Assembly: GCA_024137785.1 (NCBI GenBank) | Contig: JAHRHZ010000166.1 | Span: 761,367-825,366 of the forward strand | Direction: 5' to 3' | DNA length: 64,000 nucleotides | Source of the DNA: Ginglymostoma cirratum | Lineage: Eukaryota | Shown here: positions 53,134 through 64,000 of the stretch, piece by piece | How positions within the stretch are numbered: the stretch's first letter is position 1 | How the letters are laid out: every line of letters begins with the position of its first letter | Position numbers and translations under genes: made by a program | Notes under the pieces: model-generated | The model's input: only the letters and a program-made list of their open reading frames with translations | What the model was told of the DNA's origin: nothing | Databases searched by the model: none

Positions 53134-53350
53134 GAATCTACAGCTGGTTCTAGTAGTGAATCCATAATGTCTGCACTGGATCTACAATCAGTGTCTTTAG
53201 TCAATCCACAGTCAGTTTCAATAATGAGTCTATAGTAAGTTCCTGTAGTAAATCCACAATTTGCACCTGTAGTGAATCTTCAGTCGGTTCCTGTAGCCAC
53301 TCTACAGTCAATGTCCGTACTGAATCTAAGGTTGTTGTCTGTATTGAATT
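53134..53350. repeat. Degenerate 24-bp minisatellite, about 9 units
   Basis: Consensus about gaatctacagtcggttcctgtagt. Confidence 0.8.
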
Positions 53351-53711
53351 TCCCCAAGTGAAATAACAACACTGTGGATAAATAGGCAAAAGGTGTATTC
53401 ATGGTTGTGGTAGAGAGAGGAAACCTTTGCTCATAGTGAATTTAAATATCAGCAAAATAATAACAAAAAACTGTCTAAAAGTAAAAAAAAAATCCTTAAA
53501 CACAAAACTGAAACAGGAAAACGGGAGAAAAATAAAAGCAATCCAGATGAGGGAAAGAGATTGAAAACAAAAGAATCTCACCAATGTTGGAAATCAGCAA
53601 CAAAGAAACGGCTGCAAAAGCTCAGGTGGTCTGGCAGCCTTTGTGGAAAGAAAGCAAATTTAACATTTTGGGTGCAGTTTTGAAGAAGAGTCACTGGACC
53701 CGAAAAATTGA

Positions 53712-53992
53712 AATTGTCTATGTGGAGTTTGTATATTCGTCCCGTTTCTGCTTAGATTTCCTCCATGTGCTCTGGTTTCCCCCCACAGTCCAAGATGTGC
53801 AGTTTAGGTAGATTGGTTATGCTAAATTACCCCACAGTGTCCAGGGTTGTGCAGCTAGAGGTGGATTAGCCAGGGGAAGTACGGGATTACAGCGATAGGA
53901 TAGGGCTTGGTCCTGAGTGGGATGCTCTTTGGGAGGTTGGTGTGGACTTGATGAGTTGAATGGCCTGCTTCCACACTGTAGGGATTCTATGT
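53712..53992 (+). mobile_element. HE1-type SINE, 5'-truncated
   Basis: Body and tail match the other copies. Confidence 0.75.
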
Positions 53993-56699
53993 AATATTGA
54001 ATACTGCATCATCTCGCAATCTCACGATTTGAGGAGAAAAAAGTCAACTCCCTGCAAAGCAAAGGAGTACACCATACACTCAAAGCCAGCACACAAAACG
54101 TCTTAGCGATTTCATATTCTCATTCGCATTTGCAAATCAAGATATGGCTTAATATGAGACATCCTTGGGCAACATTTTGGAATTATATCAACAGGAATTT
54201 CCTTTATTTAAATGGTGTTATTACCCTCGATGCACCATGAAAACATGCTGACAGTATCTTAGAGTTTTGAAAATTAGAAACACTTGATGACCAGAGAAAT
54301 CATGTGGAACAGAATTCAAATGAAATGGAAGCCCGACAGCCATCTCAGCCAAAGGAGGCCATTTCAGGCTATGTCCTCTGAGAGAAATTTTTCTAAATAT
54401 ATGTTAGAATTATTTAATCCTACATTGCATAATGAGATAAGTTGCCCAATACTACCTGCACTTTTGTTGTAAAGGACTGATGTTTTATTTTCTCTCCTTT
54501 GCTTTTCAGCTTCAAATTACGAATTTAATTTGTTGATTTTTTTTTGAAACGTATGCATCCACCTATTGCTAGATAATAATAAATATGTATAAAAACAAAT
54601 TTAATGGAGTAATATTAAGAGGGTAATAAGAGTTGACGTTTCGGGTCTGGACCCTTCTTCAGAACTGATGGTGGCTGAATATTGAGTTCTGAAGAAGAGT
54701 CCAGACCTGAAAAGTAAACTCTGTTTTTTACTTCACAGATGCTGCCAGACCAACTGAGCTTTTCCAGCAACTTTGTTTTTGTTCCTGATTTACAACATCC
54801 GTATTTCTTTCAGCTTTTAAATAACAAATATGTATTCACTGTGTTTCAGACATTGCATCCTAACCAACATAATCCTACAGTTTGAAAATATGTCCCAAAC
54901 AACAAAACCCCACAGGATTAAAATAAACAAGAAGTATTATTTTAGATTTTCCTTCCTAAATTTCAGGACGATTTGGAATCTGGAGAAGTAGCAAGACAGT
55001 ATTATCTCTGAGACCATTCTGTGTTCTATATGAAATGGAAAAAAAAAAACTGTGGATGCTGGAAATCAGAAACAAAAGCAGTTTTTGGGAAAACTCAGCA
55101 GGTCTGGCAATATCTATCGACAGAAATCCGAGTCAACACATCGTTTCGGTGACCCTTCTTCAGATCTGATTGTAGCTGGGAAAAGTTTTGAATATATGGT
55201 AAAGATAGAGTTGGGGAGGGTGCTTGAGGAAATGATAGGTCAAATGGTTCTCGGAGAGACATGAGAAATGGGCAGACAAAGGAATTGATATCGATAAACC
55301 TGGGAGAATGATCAGGTCCTAATGAAGACTATTACAGGCTGAAGATAAGTTATTAGTTGTGGTAGGCCATGTGATGGCAAAACCATGCGGTGCATAGAGG
55401 TTAGTGCACAGATATGGGAGAACGTGCCCAGGCTCTAAAATAGTTGAACTCGAGGTTGAATCCAGAAAGCTGCGGCATTCCCAACTGGAAAATGAGTTGC
55501 CATTTTTCTAGCATCGCTAGAGCACTGCAACAAGCCTGAGACAGGGATGTTAGAGTCAACTAGCAGCTCAAAATCATTTTGCCGACAGAATGTAAGTGCT
55601 CTGCAAAGCATTCGTCCAGTCTCTGCGTCTTTTGTTCGTGCATGTTTCCCCTATCAAGTTGTGTCAGAGGGTGTCATGCAAGGATTGGCGGCAACCTCCT
55701 CGTGGTCGGAGACAGCAATAGCAGTTTCGACAGGTCCCAGCGATTGGAGGTGGTAGAAGCGGTAATAAGGATGTCCTCCCGGCATTCAGGGCCACCGGCA
55801 GCTTCAACAACACAGGATGTTTCAGCATGGCTGCCTCTAAGGATGACATCTTGGAGGATGATAGTCAGAGTGGAACCCTCGGCACGACAGCAGGCTGGCT
55901 TGGCACTGGAGCCAGTGGCTCCTGGTTGCAGTAGGCGAAGTGCAAGTATGTATTCAACATGGAACTCGGTCGTGACATGAGCGAGGTTTGCCCAGCAGTG
56001 AAGAAATGGTGCCAAAAGAGTGGCAGCTCCTACAATGGTGATTGCAGTGCGGGCGGTGACGAGGCGGCGGAGGAGGAGTGGCAGCAGAGGTGTTGTGTCA
56101 TATGTGACCGAATGGACTCATGGGACGGGTGGTGGAATGAAGATTGACTCTCAGTTATGTCTTTTCTCTCTTTTGATTCTTTGGCTATACAAAAAGACAC
56201 TGGATTGTGGTGGCAGCTGAAGCTTGCTACTAAATTTTAATGTATTATTCACTATAAAATGCAACTGTTAATAAATCATTAAAATTCAACCACAAAATGG
56301 ATGTGACCACATCTTTCAAAATTCTGTAGACTCTGAAACAGTTCCTGTGGATTGAAGTATGACTAATGCACCCCAAGATGTAAAATGAAGGCAGAGATGA
56401 AACAAGGAGCTACAACCATTGAGAATGATATTGGCATTGGGGAAATGCAAGAATCTATCGTAAAAATATTTAATGGTAGAATACGTGGAAAACAATGATG
56501 AGATCAGACAGGCCAATTAACGAAAGAGAAATAAAAACCAGCTAATTTATCGGAAATCTGATAGAGTTGTTAAGGTGTAGGCAGTCGATATGTTTTACCT
56601 AGACTTTCAGAAGGATTTGATAAGGTTTCATATTCGAGATTCACATGTCAAAATAAAATGCATGTTGTGAACTAATTATGATGGGGAAATGGAAAATAA

Positions 56700-56853
56700 A
56701 GGCAGAAGATCTGGCAGCTTCCGTTCAGATAATGCAGAGTTAATGTTCTCGATCCGGTGACCGTGCTTCAAAACTGGTTATAGTGAGGAAACGTTTGGTG
56801 TATATGCTGAAGTTGGGGTGGGGGATGAATGGGGAGATAATGATTGAGCTCTC

Positions 56854-56886
<33 letters not shown>

Positions 56887-58560
56887 GAGAGAGTGAGAGA
56901 ACTATTTGGACAGACAAAAGAGCAGGCAAAGTTAAGTCTGCTAAAATGATTAGTTGTTAATGAGGTCCATTAGGATTAAAGTATCCTTTATCATCACGTA
57001 TATTCAACATAAAATACAATGAAAAGTGTGTAGCCATTTGTGGCTGACGATGGGTTGTTTGTGGTAGCAGCCCATGTGATGAAAAGTCTAGTGTGTGGTG
57101 GTTGGAGTAATGGCATGGGAAAGCGTGTTGAAGCCTTAAAATTGTTGAACTTGATATTGAGTCCAGAAGGCCGAAAGTTTTCCAAACAGAAAATTAGGTA
57201 CTGTTCTTTCAGCTTATGCTGAGCTTCTCTGGAGCAATGCAGCGAAACGGAGAGAAAGATATTGGCCAGAGAACCATGAACTGACAGGCGACCAGAGCTC
57301 AAGGTCATTTTTTGGGGACAAACCATAGATGTTATGAAAATTAAGCGACTACTCTATGCTTTATCTACTCACAATCAAGGAGACAATATTGTGAGCAGCA
57401 AACACAGTAGTTTAGATTGAGTAAAGTGCAGGTAATTCACCACTTCACTCGGAAGCTGTTTATAGGATCTGGATAGTGTGGAGGAAGTAAATGGGCAGGC
57501 GTCACTCTGTCTGCAATTGGCAGGGAAGGTGCACTGCAGTTTCTGGGATAGTGGAGGGGTGGACCAAGATGTCCCAAAGGGAACGATTTCTGCAGAATAC
57601 TGACAATGGAGGAGATGGTAATATGTGTTCATTGTTGTATCTGGCTCGACGTGGAAAAACATTGTTAGCCATTGATCCTTTGCAAGTGGATGCTGGTAAG
57701 TTGGTAGGTGACAAAGAATGGGACACAAGAGCTGCTGTGAGAGGGAAGAGTGGGGTTTGGGCTATCGTGCAGCAGATGATCCGCACATGGCTGAGGGTCT
57801 TGTCAGCTATTTTGTTGGAGAATCTTCGGTTGTAGAAGAAAGTGGAAATTTCTGAGGGGCTTTGTCAAAGTTGTGTCAGGGATCGAGGAAGTGGGAGAAG
57901 TGAATAGCGTCTTTAGAGGAAGCATGGTGTGAATGTATAAATTAAATATAACTGTGGGAGATGGGGGCTTGTTGTGTAGAGTGGTGACCAGTCTATCGTC
58001 AGAAATGGAAGCAGAGATGACGAGGAAGGCAAGAGAGGAATCAGACCAGATGAAGATAAGAACTAGGTGGAAATTAGAAGATAAATGGAAAAACTCTTCA
58101 AATTATAGATGCGAGAGAGAAGTAGGACTGATAATTTCATCGATATAATGGAGAAATAGTTATGGGAGGGCACCAGAGTAGCACTGGAACAAGGAATGTT
58201 CCTTCTAACCTGAATAGAGACAGGCACAACGAGGACTAATATGGGTACCCATGGTCACTTTCACTTGAAGAATGTGTGGAGAGTTAAAAGAAAACAGCTG
58301 TTTAAACTGAGGACGAACTCTGCCAGGCAGAGGAGGGTGATGGTAGATGAGGACGGTTCAGAACTTTATCCAGGAATCAGTATCCTGGTTGGGGATGGAC
58401 TTACATGTCCTAGGTGTAAAGGAGTGGTTGGAGCCCCTGAACAAGAAATTCTAAAACTGGCATTAAGTGTCAGAATACACATGCAATAAGTGGCAAGGGA
58501 CTGGGCAAGGGGAAAAATTCCTGTCGAGGCAGAAGAGATGTGGGGCAGGAGCACAAATTA
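56700..58560 (-). mobile_element. Degenerate Penelope element
   Basis: EAQHKLKEQYLIFCLENFRPSGLNIKFNNF; PPLSVFCRNRSLWDILVH. Confidence 0.7.
56857..56884. repeat. (TG)n microsatellite
   Basis: Direct inspection. Confidence 0.95.
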
Positions 58561-58574
58561 ACAGTCCTGTTTTT

Positions 58575-59480
58575 GTTAGCATCGTCAGTAAGTTCGTGAA
58601 TGACACCAAAATTAATGGTATTGTTGATGGTGAAGGAAGTTATCTAAGATTACAGAGGGATCCTGTTCAATTCGGCCAATGGACTGAAGAGTGGGAGACC
58701 GAGTTTCGCTTGGATAAATATGAAATATAGCTTTTTGGTAAAACCAACAGGGAAGAAATTATACAGTTAATGGTAGGTTTCTGTGGAGTGTTATCGGACA
58801 GTGATAACTAGGGGTTCAGGGTCAGAGTACTTTGAAAGTTGCATCACAGATAGACAGGGTGTTTAATAAGAGGATCAGGACACTTACTTTCATTTCTCAG
58901 ACAACTGAGTATGGAGCGTCATGGTGCAATTGTATAGGACGTTGGTGAGTACACGTTTGGAGTACCGTGTACTGTTCTGGTCACCTTGCTGTTGGAAGAA
59001 TATTATTAAATTGGAGAGGTTTCAGAAAAGTTTTACCAGAATGTTGCTGGGACTGAAGGGTTATGTTATCAGGTTTGGCTGAATAGACTGGCACCTTTTC
59101 ACTGGAGCATAAGAGGTTGAGGAGTGAACTTGTAGAAGTTTATAAAATTATGAGGGCACAAACAAGGTGAATAATAATGATTATTTTTCCCCTAGGGTGT
59201 GGGAAATCAAAACTATGGGGCATATTTTGAACGTGTGAGGAGAAAGATTTAAAAGGAACGTGAGTGGTAACTTTTTCACACAGATGGTGTTCATATGTGG
59301 AATGAAATGCCAGGGGAAGTGATAAATTTAGGTACAGTTACAACATTTAAAAGACATTTGGACAGGCACACGAAGAGGAAAGGTTTAGGGAATTATGTGC
59401 CAAACTGAGACAAGTGAAACGAGTTTAATCTGAGGTGAGTTGGACGGAAGGGTCTGTTTCCTTGTGTCTCCATGACTCTT
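58575..59480 (+). mobile_element. CR1 3' fragment
   Basis: VSKFVNDTKI..LQRD. Confidence 0.85.
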
Positions 59481-59926
59481 TCTTTATGACGTAGTTTGAA
59501 GAAAATAATGTTGGCTATGTCTTGAACTTATTCAAAATCAGTATTATAACGCCTTTAAGAATAGTTTGAATATTTTCCAGTGGCAGGGAGAAAACTTATA
59601 ATTTCCTGCTTTCTGATTATCTATACTTTGCTTTTTAGAAATGAGTTATATTAACTATTTTCCAATATAATGGGCCATTCGCTGATGTTAATGAGCGTTT
59701 CAAAATTAAAACTAACACATGAATGATCTCACTAGCTTTTGTTTTATGACCCTAGATGCAATCAAGTAAGACTCAGGCATTTATTAACTCACCATTCCTG
59801 CAATTAATTTAGTATTATATCACTAGTAATTTTAAATTTTGTAATGGTGTGGAATTGTAACCCCAAAGACTGCGTAATCTGAATCTTGAGTATTAACTTT
59901 CGAAAGCCAACTGCTTCAATATTTAA

Positions 59927-60073
59927 AGATAGTAGGAACTACCGATGCTGGAGTCTGAGATAACAAGGTATAAAGATGGATGAACACAGCAGGCCAGGCA
60001 GCATCAGAGGAGCAGGAAAGCCGGCGTTACGGGACTGGAGACCTGAAACGTCAGCTTTCCTGCTCCTCTGATG
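59927..60073. mobile_element. Hairpin element, 16-bp TSD
   Basis: TSD ctgcttcaatatttaa at 59911-59926 and 60074-60089. Confidence 0.8.
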
Positions 60074-60686
60074 CTGCTTCAATATTTAATATGTGGTTTC
60101 CCTCTGTAACCTGCTTGCTGTTTTCTGTATGTATGTGTAAGCATTGTATTTTTGTAAATGTTCTAAACATATAAAAGCTTTCAAGGAGCTGCAATGTTTT
60201 CTAAACACAACAAGAAAAAAGTGGGGTGAATGGGATCAAAGGTTATGGGGAGAAAGCAGGTTTATATTATTGAGTTGGATGATCAGCCATGATGGCGAAG
60301 AATGGCGGAGCAGGCACGAAGGGCCCAATGGCTTCCTCCTGCTCCTATCTTCGATGTTTCTGTGTTGAATTCCTCCATCCCCTTCAATTCCTGAATGACA
60401 GCTAGCTCCGGGATGCTAGTTAAGTGCTTTCAAATAAAGATCGATGCAAAACATATGTTTAATATGCCATCTATTGGTTCAACATGTATTTTGCTAAACC
60501 TTTTTTGCTTCTTAATTATCAAAATAAACACATCCCTTCTCAACATTTTTTCTGATTATTTTCTCTCTTAATATAATTTTTATCTGACTCTTTGTCAATT
60601 GCTTAGTGCCAATAAACTAAAGAGTTTAAATTTCCACACATCTATCTGGGATTCAGAATACAAATTCTTGTTTCAATTGGGAAGTC

Positions 60687-60824
60687 TCAATCTGCTTCAG
60701 GTAACCCTTGGTATCTCCCTGTCTCTACCAGTCTGAAGTCTCCGTAGGAATAATCTGTGTGCACAGTTTTTTTCTCACTTTCCAGATTCACATTGTATAA
60801 AATATGCCACCGAGTACAATGTTC
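60687..60824 (-). other. Candidate terminal exon with ITAM-like motif
   Basis: tttgcttcttaaaag|EHC..DYSYGDFRLVETGRYQGLPEAD*. Confidence 0.25.
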
Positions 60825-61189
60825 CTTTTAAGAAGCAAACAACATTGTTTTTTTTTTCCTTTATTCATTCAGGGGATGAGGGTGTCACTTTTAGGCAGCA
60901 TTTATTTCCCATCCCTAGTTGCCCAGAGAGCAGGTGACAGTCAATCTCATTTACGTGGTTCGGGAGAGTCACATGTAGGCCAGACCAGGTAAAGAGGGTA
61001 GTTTCCTTCCCTGAAGGACTTTAGTAAAGCAGTTTTTGTTTTCAGACAATCGGCAACGGATTTATGTTTATCACTAGACTCCTAATTCCAGATTTTTTAA
61101 AAATGAATTCAAATTCCACCAGCTGCCGTGGCATTATCTTTGTCTTTATATTAACAGTTCAGTGATAATAACACCAGGCCATTGCCTAC

Positions 61190-62585
61190 CCAGATTACAG
61201 CACAGAAGCAATCCCTTCAGCCCAACAAGTATGTCTTTGTGAAAGCTGTCTTTCAAAATTAGAAAGCTTTTGCAACCATGTGGTTTGCATTCGTCTTTTC
61301 CCCGCATATTCAGAGATATTCCATGTCCAAGTTCAATTCCATTGACCATATCTCTGCCCAATTCTNNNNNNNNNNNNNNNNNNNNNNNNNNNNNNNNNNN
61401 NNNNNNNNNNNNNNNNNNNNNNNNNNNNNNNNNNNNNNNNNNNNNNNNNNNNNNNNNNNNNNNNNNNNNNNNNNNNNNNNNNNNNNNNNNNNNNNNTTTC
61501 GTGGTTACACTATGTCTTCAATGACCAGGGATCGTGTCAAAGTCCTTGTGAAAGTTCATATAGACAACATCTACCAACCTGTTGTCATCAATCATCTTTG
61601 TCAGTTCCTCAAAAAGACTTAAGCAAGTTTGAGAGTCATCACCTTTGCCCGAACAAAGCCATGATGCCAGTTGCTAATACTCCATATTTTCCCAAATGTA
61701 AGCCCCATCTCTGAGAAACGTCACTAAAAATTTCCATAGCACTTACATAAAACTCAATAACCAGCAATTTCCCAGCTATCTCTGAGGCCCATACTGAACA
61801 GAGGATAAACATTGGCTCTTCCCCAGTAGTGTGGGAACTTTCTTTTGACTGAAGAGGATAAAAATCTTTCGTACATGACCCCAGCAATATTCTCATTGCC
61901 TTCTTCAGCATTTTTGGGTAGATCCTATCAGGTCCAGAGGACTTCTCCATCTTATGCTTTTCAAAATATCCAAGAACAACATTCTTTTTTTACGTTGCCA
62001 TGTCCTACAATATCAATATATCCTCCGATTTACCATGTCCTTTTCCTTTGTGTCATTGCAAAGTATTCGTTACGAACATCACCTACTTCCTTGAGATCCA
62101 TCAGTGAATTCCGTTTTTTGTCCTTGAATTATCCTACCCTTTCTGTACCTACTATTTTCCTCCTTTTATGTATAAAATTCCCGTGAGATTTTCCTGAATC
62201 CTGTTTGCCAAAAAACATTTTGTGATCCTTTTTTATTGCCACTCTGAGTTCCTTCTGTGAGTTATTTCATGCTGACTTTGTCCTCTTAGAAACATCTGTT
62301 TGTTTCCAGTTTTCTAAACCTTGTGTATCTGTTTCTGTTTGACTGTGAGCACAATTTCTCTTGTTATCCAAGGTTTCCGAATTTTGGCGTCTTTAGTCTT
62401 CATTTGTACAGCAACATGCTGGTCTTGAACTTTTCGCAACTCGCCTTTAAAAGATTCTGACATTCCAGATGTAGATTTACTCTCAAACAGCCACACCCAA
62501 TCTCGGGTCCCAGGTTCCTGCCCAATAGTGTGTCTGTTAACCATCCCTCAATTAGAACTTTTGCTCGAGGTCTACTCTCATTCTC
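61190..62585 (-). mobile_element. Degenerate CR1 fragment
   Basis: KSSGPDRIYPKML; PWITREI. Confidence 0.75.
61366..61496. other. Assembly gap (131 N)
   Basis: N run. Confidence 1.
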
Positions 62586-62587
62586 AT

Positions 62588-63085
62588 CCTTCAGCCCAAT
62601 GGTATCAGTGTGGATTTCATAGGCTTCAAAATCTCCCCTCCCCCTACCGCATACCAAAACCAGCTCAGCTCATCCCCGTCTCCCTTACCTGTTCTTCCTC
62701 TCACCTATCTCCTCCTCCCACCTCAAGCCCCCCCCCATTTCCTAACTACTAACCTCATCCAGCCCCATTGACCTGCCCATCCTCCCTGGACTGACCTATC
62801 TCCTCCCTACCTCCCCACCTACACTCACCTTTACTGGCTCCATCCCCACCACTTTGACTTGTCTGTCTGCTCTCCACCTATCTTCTCCTCCATCCATCCT
62901 CTATCCGCCTCCCCCCCTCCCTATTTATTTCAGAAACCCCTTCCCCTCCCCCATTTCTGATGAAGGGTCTAAACCCGAAACGTCAGCCTTTCTGCTCCTA
63001 TGTTGCTGCCTGGCCTGCTTTGTTCATACAGCTCTACACCTTGTTATCTCGGATTCTCCAGCATCTGCAGTTCATATTCTCTCTC
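62588..63085 (+). mobile_element. Penelope 3' end (GIY-YIG tail, pyrimidine-rich UTR, terminal repeat)
   Basis: LQPNGISVDF-like coding end; terminates in a hairpin-family arm with hammerhead core at 62957-62984. Confidence 0.7.
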
Positions 63086-63102
63086 ATAAGTACTTAGACG
63101 TG

Positions 63103-63242
63103 GGGAGAGATAATAGGAACTGCTGATGCTGCAGAATCCTAGATAACAAGGTGTAGAGCTGGATGAACACAGCAGGCCAAGCAGCATTATAGGAGCAGGA
63201 AAGGTAACATTTTGGGCCTAGACCCTTCATCAGAAATGGCTT
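63103..63242. mobile_element. Single-arm hairpin-family element, 14-bp TSD
   Basis: TSD agtacttagacgtg at 63089-63102 and 63243-63256. Confidence 0.8.
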
Positions 63243-64000
63243 AGTACTTAGACGTGATGGATGTGCCTCTTCCTCCTGCATTCTCTTAGGCAATTTGACT
63301 TTCACTCGTTTCCTGTCTTCCATGCATTTTTCTTTTGTTTTGTTCTTCCATGGTACATACACATAGGTTTTTTTCAGCCAGCATGGAATTTCTAATACAA
63401 ACATCCCGTAAGGACATGATGAATTGCTGTCTTCTTGAATCACAGAGATACTTGGAGTATAGAAACATCCAGAATGCTCGATTTTGATCCAGAAACTTTG
63501 AAGGAATGGAGTATAGTTTGAAGTAAGGATGGTATGTAACTTGGAATACAAACACCATGTCATTTGTTGCTGATATCCTAATTCAAAGACACAACTGACG
63601 ATTTATTGATCAGGGCTAACAAACTAGGAGGATACCAATCATGCCTTATACAGCCTATGACATGCTTGTTAAGTAGAAATACGGTGAAGAAGGCCTTTTC
63701 ACCCACGTTACTTTAACGTGAGAACTTTCGTGCATCTTCTTCACTCTGTTCACAATCCCATGAAGCATGTTTCCTTAAGTGAGGTTTAGCAAAGGCATAT
63801 TATGCTCAGGTGCTGAAATGTACTCTCGTCAAAGTCAAGCAAAACAATACAATGTTAGGTTAATAAATTGAATATATCGATTATAACTAAGCTAAATGCA
63901 TCATGAAATGTTAATTTCAAGTTCAGGTTTGAATTTATTAAGCAGTTAGTTACACAGCTTATATGTGATACTTTCTTGGTAAATTGTTTGACAACATTGT

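Noticed and set aside
63715-63770. Fourth decayed leader (gtgagaact..ttcttcactctgttcaca)
   Set aside because: Short AT-rich similarity with no ATG and no donor in register.

Overview
Repeat-rich cartilaginous-fish (shark-like) genomic DNA, inferred from HE1-type SINEs, CR1 LINEs and Penelope-derived hairpin elements. Repeats include a decayed Gmr1-type Gypsy LTR element (about 0.8-7.6 kb), several CR1 copies, Penelope fragments and SINEs, and there are two N-gaps. Between the repeats lies a small cluster of non-rearranging, antigen-receptor-like IgSF genes whose V and J are fused in one germline exon. Copy C (+, 40637-43667) is apparently intact: leader, VJ, TM, CYT1 and CYT2 exons give 195 aa with a YAQL tail, and most of its C1 exon has been deleted. 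Copy A (-, 16954-8096) is a pseudogene with leader, VJ, C1, TM, CYT1 and CYT2 exons, and a CR1 LINE interrupts its C1 exon. Copy B (+, about 35.0-35.6 kb) is an orphan promoter and leader. There are also tentative orphan cytoplasmic exons with ITIM-like (25.2-26.5 kb) and ITAM-like (60.7-60.8 kb) motifs. All exon models were read by eye and have no transcript support.
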